Below, in pieces: positions 8,905 through 18,064 of a stretch of 64,000 nucleotides of DNA (positions are counted from its first letter, which is position 1; every line of letters begins with the position of its first letter). Origin of the DNA: Syntrophorhabdaceae bacterium (GTDB lineage Bacteria; Desulfobacterota; Syntrophorhabdia; Syntrophorhabdales; Syntrophorhabdaceae); the NCBI GenBank assembly GCA_963666485.2, contig CAXXUO010000008.1, positions 1-64,000 of the forward strand. Reading direction: 5' to 3'. The translations under genes were made by a program, and so were the position numbers. A model generated the notes under the pieces. That model did no database searches and was not told where the DNA came from. It was given only the letters and a program-made list of their open reading frames with translations.

Positions 8905-10140
8905 ATGAACGAGGACGATCCGCATAACCAGGCCCATATAGGAAGACAGCCCATCCTGAACAGGCTCAAGAAGATCTTCGGCTACGAGCTCCTTTTCCGC
9001 AGGGGTGACGTCAACGGGGCGGATGTAGCGGACAATATGCGGGCCACCGCCAGCGTCCTCGTCAACACCCTCAACAATATAGGCATATCACGCCTTATCG
9101 GGGACAAGGTCGGCTTTATCAATGTCGATGACGCAGTCCTCGAGAGCGGCATTATCGACCTTTTGCCGGCGGAAAGAACGATCCTGGAACTTCTTGAAAC
9201 GGTGGAACTGGACCAGCGGGTCTTTGACCTGTGCTGCAGGGTACACAAGAAAGGTTTCAAGTTCGCCCTCGACGACGTGATCGATCACGATGACCGGATC
9301 GAGAACATGCTCACGGTATCCTCGATCGTCAAGATAGACCTTATCGGCTGCGACAGGGAAAAGCTTCCGGAACTTGTCGGAAAATTCAAAAAACACAAGA
9401 TCAAATTGCTGGCTGAAAAGATCGAGAGTGAGGAAGAATTTGAACAGTGCCTGGGCCTTGGCTTCGATTATTTCCAGGGATATTTCTTTGCGAAGCCCTC
9501 TATCATCTCGGCTCGGAGCATTTCCCCGACACAAATGGTCCTCCTCGAACTTTCCCGCTTCCTGGCCCGGGAAGCCGAGTTCTACACTATAGAGGAACTC
9601 TTCCGCAAGAATCCCGAGCTCCACATCAAGCTCCTGCAATTCATGAATTCCGCCGCTTTTTATACGGCACACAAGATAAACTCCATCGGGCAGGCCATAT
9701 CGATGCTTGGATACCGGAACCTCCAGAAATGGGTTACCCTCCTCTTGTTCGCGGGTGAAGGTCATGATGCCAGGTCCACGCCGCTCTTTGAACGTGCGGC
9801 CATCCGGGGGCGCATCATGGAACTCATGGCAATGCGCATTACCCGTGACGTTAAAGCAGCCGACATGGCCTTCATCACCGGTGTCCTGTCCCTCATCGAT
9901 GTCCTTCTCAAGGTACCACTTGAGAGTATCGTCAAAGATTTCAACCTGTCGGACGAGATAGAGAATGCCCTCCTCAAACGCGTCGGCGTGCTAGGCAAAA
10001 TGGTAAGCGCCATCGAGAATATGGAGCAGGAGAATTACGACGAGGTAAAGAACCAGCTCGAAGGCGTCAACATTTCGCCATCAGAACTGTACGAGATGGA
10101 AAATAACGCGATAATTGAATATGAGACGGTGGACGGCTAA
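8905..10140 (+). CDS. EAL + HDOD domain c-di-GMP phosphodiesterase (YuxH/PdeH-like)
   Basis: RQPI..GYELLFR, FALDD, LAEKIE and FQGYFFAKP motifs, followed by an HDOD region (KLLQFMNSA, SIGQAISMLG, AFITGVLS). Confidence 0.9.
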   Translation: MNEDDPHNQAHIGRQPILNRLKKIFGYELLFRRGDVNGADVADNMRATASVLVNTLNNIGISRLIGDKVGFINVDDAVLESGIIDLLPAERTILELLETVELDQRVFDLCCRVHKKGFKFALDDVIDHDDRIENMLTVSSIVKIDLIGCDREKLPELVGKFKKHKIKLLAEKIESEEEFEQCLGLGFDYFQGYFFAKPSIISARSISPTQMVLLELSRFLAREAEFYTIEELFRKNPELHIKLLQFMNSAAFYTAHKINSIGQAISMLGYRNLQKWVTLLLFAGEGHDARSTPLFERAAIRGRIMELMAMRITRDVKAADMAFITGVLSLIDVLLKVPLESIVKDFNLSDEIENALLKRVGVLGKMVSAIENMEQENYDEVKNQLEGVNISPSELYEMENNAIIEYETVDG

Positions 10141-10511
10141 CGGCGTACGGCTGACGGAAAAAACATAACTTCTCCCGATCTTCAAGAAAAATGCACTGGT
10201 CTGGATAAGCTGTTGACAATTACAGACTCAGATAAATGAAGAGTCACGGTCTTCCGGTTAAGATTGTTTCAGTGCAAGACACTCGAACCGCAGAGGGATA
10301 TCAACTGCCACTCATTTATTGTCAAACGTTCCGGAAACATTTGAGGGACGTCCTTAAGAAAGTAAGGAACTCGTCAAACAACTAAACGGACCACCCTGTC
10401 GTTATTATCTCCCGGACCGGGTGATTTCAAGTTACTTACTTTCTTAAGGACGTCCCCTTTTCGCCTTTTGCCTTTCGCCGTTAGCCGTACGCCGTACGCC
10501 GTTTGCCGTTA
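10133..10511. repeat. Heptamer-bounded intergenic cassette B
   Basis: Left array ACGGCTA/ACGGCGT/ACGGCTG/ACGGAAA includes the EAL stop. Right array on the minus strand, TAA-CGGCAAA-CGGCGTA-CGGCGTA-CGGCTAA-CGGCGAA-AGGCAAA-AGGCGAA, starts at the cheA stop. Confidence 0.78.
10345..10456. mobile_element. 112-bp MITE/REP-like element with 27-bp inverted ends
   Basis: GGGACGTCCTTAAGAAAGTAAGGAACT (10345-10371) matches the reverse complement of 10430-10456 with one mismatch; the core is 58 nt and non-coding. Confidence 0.65.
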
Positions 10512-12326
10512 TTCATTCACCACCTGATGCATCTTCCTGTTCATGCTGTAGTCGAGGATTATCGACGGAATGTCGAGGATCAGTATGACCTTGCCGTCAC
10601 CGCGGATGGTTGCCCCGCTTATCCCCTTTATGTCTTTCAGGAATTCTCCGAGCGGCTTGATAACCACCTCTTCCTGGCCTATGACGGAGTGCACCTTGAT
10701 GCCGATCGTTTTCTCGCCGATGTTGCATATCACGAGGTAACCGCCATCGTCGCCGCCATTGAAGAAGAAGGCCTTTCTCAGGTCTACGACCGGGATGACC
10801 GTGTTCCTCAGGACAAGGACCTCATTCTTGTCCACCGTCTTGATGAGACCTTCCCGTATCTTCACGAGCTCGGTAACGGTGTTCAGCGGTATTGCAAAGA
10901 TCTCCTTTGATACCTTCACGATGAGGGCCCGCATAATAGCGAGGGTGAGGGGGAGCTTAATGGTAAGCTTTGTCCATTTACCTTCTTCGGAATCAATGTG
11001 GGCCTGCCCGTTCATCTTTTCGATATTGGTGCGTACCACATCCATCCCGACGCCCCGCCCGGAGACCTTACTGAGCTTCTGGGCAGTGCTCAGTCCCGGT
11101 ATGAACACGAGGTTCATCGCCTCTTTCGGGGAGAGCGTCGCCAGTTCGGCTTCCGACATGAGCCCTTTTTCCCTGACCTTGTCCTTCACTGCCTGTATGT
11201 TGATGCCCTTGCCGTCATCGAAGATCTCTATGATGACGTGGTTCCCTTCGTTATAGGCCCGGATGGACAGGGTACCCTTCGGACGCTTGCCGGCGGCTGC
11301 ACGGTTATCGGGGGTCTCGATGCCATGGTCCACGGAATTGCGAATGATATGAATGAGCGGGTCGTGAAGCGCTTCGATGAGGGAGCGGTCAAGCTCGGTC
11401 TCTTCGCCCTCCACCTTCAGTTCGATGTCCTTCTTGAACTCGGAACACAGGTCGCGGACCATCCTCGGTATCTTGTTGAACACCTTGCTGATCGGCACGA
11501 GCCGCGCACGCATGACGGACAGCTGGAGCTCATTCGTTATGACCTCTATGTAGTTCGTCACGTCCGTCAGGTTGTCAAAGACCGTCTCCGTCTCCTCGCC
11601 CTTTCTTGCCAGGCTGTTCACGAGAATGAGCCTGTTCTTGCCGAGAACAAGCTCGCCCACGAGGTTCATGAGGTCGTCGAGCTTCTTGACATCGATCCTG
11701 ATGCTCTGCTCTTCGGCCTTTTGCGCCTTCTGCTTGACGAGGACGCGGTTGAGCTGGCCCTCGGTGACCAGCTGCTCCTCAACCACTATTTCACCAAGCT
11801 TCTTGTCTTTTTCTACCTCCTGCTTCTTGAGCGCATCTTCGAGTTCCGGCCGGGTGATCATATTCTCTTCGATCATGATCTCGCCGATCTTTTTCGTTTC
11901 GGGGGGAGGTGCGGCAGCTTTTTTTGCCGGGTCGAGCAGGTCCGCCAGCTTCACGATGACCTCGGACGCTTCGCGAGCTTCGGCGCCGGTATCACGGATA
12001 TCGTCGATCATGGCTTTCATCAGGTCAAACGATTCGAGGAGAATGTCCGCCACCGCCTGGTCCGTTGCCATTTCTCCTTTCCGGATAACACCCAGGACGT
12101 CCTCCGCCTTGTGCGCGAGTTGCGACAGCGTGTTGAACCCGAGAAAGCTCGACGTTCCCTTGATCGTGTGAACGGCCCGGAAGATACTGTTCACGACCTC
12201 CTCGTCCTGGCTCTGCTCGATCACGACAATGTCCTGTATGACATTATCCATGAGCTCACCCGATTCCACTATGAACTCATCGATTATCTCCTTCATCTCA
12301 TCATGCTGCATAGCCTGATCATCCAT
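10509..12326 (-). CDS. cheA: Chemotaxis histidine kinase CheA (Hpt, MshEN-like tandem motif, dimerisation, HATPase, CheW)
   Basis: IFRAVHTIKG (Hpt), IRIDVKKLDDLMNLVGELV, HIIRNSVDHGIE, DDGKGI, SGRGVGMDVV, LPLTLAI, GATIRGDG. Confidence 0.96.
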   Translation of the reverse strand: MDDQAMQHDEMKEIIDEFIVESGELMDNVIQDIVVIEQSQDEEVVNSIFRAVHTIKGTSSFLGFNTLSQLAHKAEDVLGVIRKGEMATDQAVADILLESFDLMKAMIDDIRDTGAEAREASEVIVKLADLLDPAKKAAAPPPETKKIGEIMIEENMITRPELEDALKKQEVEKDKKLGEIVVEEQLVTEGQLNRVLVKQKAQKAEEQSIRIDVKKLDDLMNLVGELVLGKNRLILVNSLARKGEETETVFDNLTDVTNYIEVITNELQLSVMRARLVPISKVFNKIPRMVRDLCSEFKKDIELKVEGEETELDRSLIEALHDPLIHIIRNSVDHGIETPDNRAAAGKRPKGTLSIRAYNEGNHVIIEIFDDGKGINIQAVKDKVREKGLMSEAELATLSPKEAMNLVFIPGLSTAQKLSKVSGRGVGMDVVRTNIEKMNGQAHIDSEEGKWTKLTIKLPLTLAIMRALIVKVSKEIFAIPLNTVTELVKIREGLIKTVDKNEVLVLRNTVIPVVDLRKAFFFNGGDDGGYLVICNIGEKTIGIKVHSVIGQEEVVIKPLGEFLKDIKGISGATIRGDGKVILILDIPSIILDYSMNRKMHQVVNE

Positions 12327-12702
12327 GGATCTCCTCCCCGTCCTGTAAAAGGCTCTCTACCTTGTACAGCAAGAAATTTGGTTGTACCGGTTTATTCAGG
12401 AACATGTTGACGCCCGCATCGAATGCGTCCTTTTTCAGCTTATCGTCCTTTGTCGTGGTGAGCATTATGATGGGGGTATCCATGTAATAATAGTTGTCGC
12501 GAAGGTTCCTTACGAATTCGATGCCGTCCATGTTGGGCATGTTGAGATCGACAATGACGAGATCGACCTGGACGTGGCTCAGTTTTTCCATGGCATCGAT
12601 GCCATCCTCCGCCTCGGCAATGATGTAGTTCTTTTTCTTCAAAATATATGCCAGTAGTTTCCTGATGGTGGCCGAGTCGTCAACAACCAAAATTGTCTTC
12701 AT
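12319..12702 (-). CDS. cheY: CheY-like single-domain response regulator
   Basis: LVVDDS, VDLNMPNMDG, MLTT and KP motifs; lies between cheR and cheA. Confidence 0.85.
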   Translation of the reverse strand: MKTILVVDDSATIRKLLAYILKKKNYIIAEAEDGIDAMEKLSHVQVDLVIVDLNMPNMDGIEFVRNLRDNYYYMDTPIIMLTTTKDDKLKKDAFDAGVNMFLNKPVQPNFLLYKVESLLQDGEEIHG

Positions 12703-12705
12703 AGA

Positions 12706-13530
12706 TCACCCTTTCTGATAGGCAATAGTGCCGGGGAATACGAGCGGCTTGAATGCCCGCGATATGTTGTGAAGGGACTCGGCATGACCGATCGTCAGGT
12801 ACCCCTTTGGTTTTATGCATTCGTACATGTTATCGATGACCTTCTTCTTCATTTTTTCGTCAAAATAGATCAGGACGTTCCGGCAGAATATAAAATCCAT
12901 CTGCCGGTAGATCCGGTATGCACCATCGTCCATCAGGTTCATGAAGTCTATCTTGACCGTCTTCTTTACCGGCTCATTGAGCCGGAACATGTTGTTCTCT
13001 TCGGTAAAATATTTCCTCCTGAGAGCCGCGTCGGTATTGCGGACGCTGTACTGGCTGAAGACGGCCTTGCGCGCGGAATCGAGGACCTTCGAGCTTATGT
13101 CCGTGGCGAAGATGGTAAAGGGAATGTTGATCCTGCGCGCCTCCATGAGCTCCATCAGGATAATTGCAAGGGTGTATGGCTCCTCGCCTGTCGAGCATGC
13201 GGCGCTCCAGATCCTCAAGGGTGCGACCGGCCCCGACCCATTCATATACGATTTCTGCAGGATGACCTTGAACGCGTCGAGTTGCGGCGGGTTCCGGAAA
13301 AAACTTGTCTCATTGGTCGTAACCACGTCGAAGAGGTTCGCAAGTTCCGCCCGGGCCTTTTCGGCACCATATTTCAGGTGATAATAGTAGTCCTCGAAAG
13401 AGCTCAGGCCGAGCTCGTTCAGCCTGTTCGTCAGCCTGCTCTCGAGAAGGTACGTTTTCGTCTCGGTGAAGTAGATGCCGGTCTTCTCGTAGATGAAATC
13501 TCGCAGTACGGTAAATTCCTCTTTCGTCAT
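12706..13530 (-). CDS. cheR: Chemotaxis methyltransferase CheR
   Basis: TTNETSFFR, RIWSAACSTGEEPYT, ATDIS, DFIFCRNVLIYFD, GHAESL. Confidence 0.96.
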   Translation of the reverse strand: MTKEEFTVLRDFIYEKTGIYFTETKTYLLESRLTNRLNELGLSSFEDYYYHLKYGAEKARAELANLFDVVTTNETSFFRNPPQLDAFKVILQKSYMNGSGPVAPLRIWSAACSTGEEPYTLAIILMELMEARRINIPFTIFATDISSKVLDSARKAVFSQYSVRNTDAALRRKYFTEENNMFRLNEPVKKTVKIDFMNLMDDGAYRIYRQMDFIFCRNVLIYFDEKMKKKVIDNMYECIKPKGYLTIGHAESLHNISRAFKPLVFPGTIAYQKG

Positions 13531-13540
13531 AGCCGCTTTC

Positions 13541-15385
13541 CTATGCAGTTTGAATTCTGCTCAGCACCATTTCCGCCGTAGACCGAATGTCGTCATTGGG
13601 ACTCTCGACGAACGGCCGGATATAATCCACCGCGCGCACGTCATGAAGGTCCGCAAGCGCCCGTATGCATCCTATGGTTATCAGCCCGTTCACATCTTTC
13701 AGGCCGCCCGTGAAAATACCGAAGAGGTCGGGGTCCTCGAATGAACCGAGTGCCGACAGGGCGTAGTAGCGCGTCCACATGCCCTTCTCTTCGCTTACGA
13801 AGATCCTGACAAGCCTGTCCTTGAATTGTTTGAGCCGTCTGTCCTTGATGACCTTCAGGACCTCATGGGGTATCTCTGCGTCTTTGAGTATCTTTTCGAG
13901 AAGCGCAACATATTCCTCGTTCTCTGCAAACCTTCCCAGGACACCTATCGACGTCCTGCGGACGCTTTCATCCGGGTCCTGCAGGAGCCGCTTAATGAAC
14001 GGGAGATTTCTTTCTGCATCGATGAGGGCGGTCGCCGCAAGGTAGACCTTCTTGTCCTCGATCGAACCTTCATCGACAAACCCGGATATGACCTCGAGGG
14101 CTGCCGCCGGGTCAAGGCGGATATAGGTCCGCAATGCCTTGATCCGGACATCCTGGAAATCCTTCCTGAGTATCTTGAGGACGTCTTCCTTCAGGTCTTT
14201 CAGCCCGAGATTGCCGACAGCCTCGACGGCGAAGCCCCGTATATGACCGTCGGTATCCCCCAGGGCCTTTTTGATTATCGAGCACCCCGTACCCTCGACG
14301 ATCCCGGGAATGTTCATCACGATCTCCCGTTTCACCTCCACCGAAGACGTGAGGAAGCGGTCGATCAGTATATCTTCTGCGATCTTTATCCCTGTTGCGG
14401 CGCACGACTTGACCAGGGCAAGCATCCTGGCATCGTCAGAATCCATGAATTCGCCGGGGCGGCCTCCCCAGACATCGCTCAATGAGGAAAATATCTCGAG
14501 GACCGCCTCGTAATTCTCGTTGTCCGGTTCCATGCCGCCGAGGATGCCGAGGACCGCCTTGCAGGTCTCCTCTGACCGGAAATAACCGAGCATGCGCACC
14601 ATCTCGACCGGGGGCTCCTTCTTGTGCCTTATGTTCCCGAGCAGGTGGTCATACAGCTCATCCCCTATTTTTTGCTGGAGCTTGAGGAAGATATCTTCAT
14701 TCGCCTTTTCCAGCATGATAGCCAGGTATGCGCTTCGCCTCCCCTTTTCCCAGCCCTTCATGACGTCGAGGACGTCGTCGAGTACCGCATCGTCCGCGTA
14801 GTCGAGAAGCACCTCGCAGGCGGCGTTCGAAAGCTCCTCCTCGGCCTCCCGGAAGAATTTCATGATGCGGGGGACGGCCTTCGGGCTTTTGGTCCGCCCG
14901 AGGCTGATGATCGCGGAGAACGCGATCCATTCCTCATCATCGAGGGCAAGAAGCAGCGCATCCACCGCCTCGTCGTCATCGAAGTCACCGAGCGCCATGC
15001 AGGCGGCGTTGCGCACGTTCGGGTCATCGTCCTGCGCTTTCTTCGCAATGAACGGGATCGAGCGCGGATCGCTCAGGAACGCAAGCACCTCGCATCCATA
15101 CACCCGGATGTCCTCGTTCTCATCGTCGAGCATGCCGATGACACTGTCGATGTGGACGCTTCCTATCTTTTTGAGAACGTCAAGGACTGCCATCCGGACA
15201 GGGGTATTGCTCTCCTGCAGAAGAGGCACGATATTCTCGATAACCTCCCTGCCGGGGGATGCGACCATCGCGTCGATCGCTTTTTCCTTTTCGAAATTGT
15301 CCCCGTCCCTGAGCAGGATGATATATCTTTCCAGTTCCGCTCCTGAAAGGCCCTTCGTTTCGCTACCCTCTTTCCGTCCGCTCAT
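13541..15385 (-). CDS. HEAT-repeat protein in the chemotaxis operon
   Basis: Repeated DxxVRxxAxxxLG units. The start at ATG 15385 overlaps the cheB stop (ATGA). Confidence 0.85.
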   Translation of the reverse strand: MSGRKEGSETKGLSGAELERYIILLRDGDNFEKEKAIDAMVASPGREVIENIVPLLQESNTPVRMAVLDVLKKIGSVHIDSVIGMLDDENEDIRVYGCEVLAFLSDPRSIPFIAKKAQDDDPNVRNAACMALGDFDDDEAVDALLLALDDEEWIAFSAIISLGRTKSPKAVPRIMKFFREAEEELSNAACEVLLDYADDAVLDDVLDVMKGWEKGRRSAYLAIMLEKANEDIFLKLQQKIGDELYDHLLGNIRHKKEPPVEMVRMLGYFRSEETCKAVLGILGGMEPDNENYEAVLEIFSSLSDVWGGRPGEFMDSDDARMLALVKSCAATGIKIAEDILIDRFLTSSVEVKREIVMNIPGIVEGTGCSIIKKALGDTDGHIRGFAVEAVGNLGLKDLKEDVLKILRKDFQDVRIKALRTYIRLDPAAALEVISGFVDEGSIEDKKVYLAATALIDAERNLPFIKRLLQDPDESVRRTSIGVLGRFAENEEYVALLEKILKDAEIPHEVLKVIKDRRLKQFKDRLVRIFVSEEKGMWTRYYALSALGSFEDPDLFGIFTGGLKDVNGLITIGCIRALADLHDVRAVDYIRPFVESPNDDIRSTAEMVLSRIQTA

Positions 15386-16407
15386 AACATCCTCATTATT
15401 TCTTCCGATATCTTGTCCACGGGCAGGACGGCATCCGCCAGGTTGGCCGTGACCACCGCCCTCGGCATGCCGTACACCACGCATGTCTCCTCATCCTGGG
15501 CGATGATGTAACCGCCCCGCTCTTTCATCTGCTTCATTCCGGCAAGTCCATCGTTGCCCATCCCGGTCAGGATAACCCCGAACGACTGGCGATCGTAAGT
15601 TTCCGCCGTAGACCCCATGAGCAGGTCGACCGACGGCCTGTAAATATACTGCGCGCCATCGTTGAACTGGACCGAGACACTGTTACCCTTCCTCTTGAGC
15701 GACATGTGCCTATCCCCCGGCGCTATGTAGGCCACGCCGGATTTGAGCGTCTCACCCTCCTCCGCTTCCTTGACGCTGAGCTGTGACACCGCGTCGAGGC
15801 GCTGCGAAAAGGACTGCGTGAACACCTTCGGCATATGCTGCGCGATGACAACAGGGACCGGGAAGGCCTTCGGGAGCCGGGTAAGAATGTGCTGCAGCGC
15901 AGGAGGGCCACCCGTCGACGCTCCTATGGCGAGGATCTCATGATGGCCTTTCCTCTCCGGGTTCACTGCCATAGGCTTTTTGACGACATCCAGCTTGCGC
16001 AGCATGAACCTGATCTTGTTCCGGGCAACGTTTTTCACCTTCGCAATTATTTCGGTCTCCCTGCTCGCAAGTGTCCCGAAATTGGCAAAATCCTTCGTTA
16101 TGAAGTCGCAGGCCCCGAGCGACAGGGCCTCGATCGTTATCTCCGCCCCCTCCTTCGTGAGTGAGCTCATCATAACGACGGGTATGGGATCATTCTCCAT
16201 TATTTTTTTCAGGGCCTCGATCCCGTTCATGATCGGCATCTCGACGTCCATGGTTATCACATCGGGCTTGAGCAGCCCCGCTTTTTCGACAGCCTCTCTT
16301 CCATTGTCGGCCGTGCCCACGATCTCTATTGATGGATCCTTGGACAGGATCCTCGAGATCGAGCTGCGCATCACGCGTGAGTCGTCTACAATCAATACCC
16401 TGATCAT
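15382..16407 (-). CDS. cheB: Chemotaxis methylesterase CheB (REC + esterase)
   Basis: REC (DVITMDVEMP), GASTGGP, QHMP, RPSVD, ILTGMGNDG, QDEETCVVYGMP. Confidence 0.97.
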   Translation of the reverse strand: MIRVLIVDDSRVMRSSISRILSKDPSIEIVGTADNGREAVEKAGLLKPDVITMDVEMPIMNGIEALKKIMENDPIPVVMMSSLTKEGAEITIEALSLGACDFITKDFANFGTLASRETEIIAKVKNVARNKIRFMLRKLDVVKKPMAVNPERKGHHEILAIGASTGGPPALQHILTRLPKAFPVPVVIAQHMPKVFTQSFSQRLDAVSQLSVKEAEEGETLKSGVAYIAPGDRHMSLKRKGNSVSVQFNDGAQYIYRPSVDLLMGSTAETYDRQSFGVILTGMGNDGLAGMKQMKERGGYIIAQDEETCVVYGMPRAVVTANLADAVLPVDKISEEIMRML

Positions 16408-17285
16408 TCGTTCTCTTCCCCTGCTTTGATGAAAAGCGGCCCTGCGTTCCTCAGAAGCGCGTAGACCCCGTCAAAAAGGCTGAGTTCCTGGGACAGGGAC
16501 ACCTCGGCCCCCAGTTCCTCGACAAGCGGCACAAGATGCCTGTTGTTCCGCACAAAATCATCAAAATTTGTGAAACCGTCGCTTAAGTCCGCCTGCTTCG
16601 CGAAGCGGTTCCCCACGTCTATTATCTTTGCGTTCCACGTATTATCCACGGCATTCGCGGGACAGTGGTGGTGCATGACCGCGTCCGTGACCGATTGCGG
16701 TATGTTCCACAATGTGAGCAGGCACGCACCTATCATGCCGTGGTCGCACGACAGGACCTCTTCCTCTGCTTCCACCCGCGAACATTCCTTCTCTGCGGCG
16801 AGGCTGCCGATCATTTTCCATTCCTCGTGGAAGTACCGGTATATAATGATCGCACCGATATCATGCATCAGTCCCCCGATGTACACGGCATGTTTGTCTC
16901 CCATGCGGACGGTCTCGCTGACGACCTGAGAGGTGATGGCGCACATCATCGAATGGCGTATAAATGTATCCCTGTCGATCTCCCCCGCGCCGTTCATCAT
17001 CGAAAGGAACGGCATGTGCAGGATGATCTGGGACAGCGGCCTCAGGCCGATAATTGCGATCGCGTGCTCGATCGACGTGATCTTGCGGAAGCTCCGCGTC
17101 CCGAAATACGCCGTGTTGGCGACACGGAGCACCTCGGACGCCATCGACGGGTCCATGGCCTTTGCCAGTTCCCCCGCAGAGCTCATCGGATCATCGATCA
17201 CGCTGATCACAGAGGCCATAACGGTCGGGAACGTCGGCAGAACGTCGATCTTTCTGAGCACTTTTAGAATTTCGTCGCGTTCCAT
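16404..17285 (-). CDS. HDOD domain protein
   Basis: LPTFP, DPSMASEVLRVAN, ITSIEHAIAIIG, GGLMHDIG, DHGMIGACLLTLWNIP, HHHCP. Start set at ATG 17285, downstream of the sigma28 promoter. Confidence 0.88.
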   Translation of the reverse strand: MERDEILKVLRKIDVLPTFPTVMASVISVIDDPMSSAGELAKAMDPSMASEVLRVANTAYFGTRSFRKITSIEHAIAIIGLRPLSQIILHMPFLSMMNGAGEIDRDTFIRHSMMCAITSQVVSETVRMGDKHAVYIGGLMHDIGAIIIYRYFHEEWKMIGSLAAEKECSRVEAEEEVLSCDHGMIGACLLTLWNIPQSVTDAVMHHHCPANAVDNTWNAKIIDVGNRFAKQADLSDGFTNFDDFVRNNRHLVPLVEELGAEVSLSQELSLFDGVYALLRNAGPLFIKAGEENE

Positions 17286-17299
17286 AGCTATCACAGACA

Positions 17300-17326
17300 T
17301 TATCGGCTGCCCGCAGCGAAAGCTTA
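17300..17326 (-). promoter_or_regulatory. sigma28 promoter for the HDOD-che operon, overlapping the fliA stop
   Basis: Minus strand TAAG-N15-GCCGATAA; the TAA of the -35 element is the fliA stop codon. Confidence 0.78.
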
Positions 17327-18064
17327 ATTGTTGAGATATCTTCTCATCGTTGCCCTGAGGTTCAAGATCGCCTGGGAATGGATCTGGCACACCCGGGCCT
17401 CGGTGATGCTGAGGACGCGCGCTATTTCTTTCATGTTGAGGTCTTCGTGGTAATAAAGACTCAGGACATAACGCTGTCGTTCTGGCAGCTTATCGAATTC
17501 TTTCGCCATTATGCCTTCCAATTCCAGCAGTTCCGCGCATTTCTCCGGATCATCGGTCTCTTCCGTGACATAGCGCATGATCCGGTCGCGGTCCTCTCCT
17601 AAGAGTTCGTGCAGGTCTTCGATGCTGAGGACGGAGAGGTTCCCGTAATTCTTGAGCATCTTGTAGTAGTCGTCAATGGTCATCCCGAGGGCCTCGGCCA
17701 CCTCTTCCTCCTTGGGCAGCCTGCCGAGCTTGTTCTCGAGCTTGCGGATGATCTCGTTGATCTTCTTCGATTTCGACCGGGCGCTGCGCGGGAACCAGTC
17801 CCGGGACCTCAGCTCATCTATCATCGCCCCGCGTATGCGCAGATAGGCAAAGGTATTGAGCTTTGCGCCTTTCGACGAATCGAACTTCTCCATGGCTTCG
17901 AGCAGGCCGACAATGCCCGCGGATATGAGGTCCTCAATTATCTCGTCGTCCTCATATTTCCGGGATACCTTGTAGGCAAGATGTTTGATGATCGGCACAA
18001 ATTCGTCGATCACCCGTTCGCGGTCGTCCTTATATGCTCCTGCATATGCTTTTTTCCATGTCAT
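17324..18064 (-). CDS. fliA: Flagellar sigma factor FliA (sigma28)
   Basis: EDLISAGIVGLL, RIRGAMIDELRSRDWFPRS, LYYHEDLNMKEIA..TEARVCQIH; follows flhG. Confidence 0.95.
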   Translation of the reverse strand: MTWKKAYAGAYKDDRERVIDEFVPIIKHLAYKVSRKYEDDEIIEDLISAGIVGLLEAMEKFDSSKGAKLNTFAYLRIRGAMIDELRSRDWFPRSARSKSKKINEIIRKLENKLGRLPKEEEVAEALGMTIDDYYKMLKNYGNLSVLSIEDLHELLGEDRDRIMRYVTEETDDPEKCAELLELEGIMAKEFDKLPERQRYVLSLYYHEDLNMKEIARVLSITEARVCQIHSQAILNLRATMRRYLNN

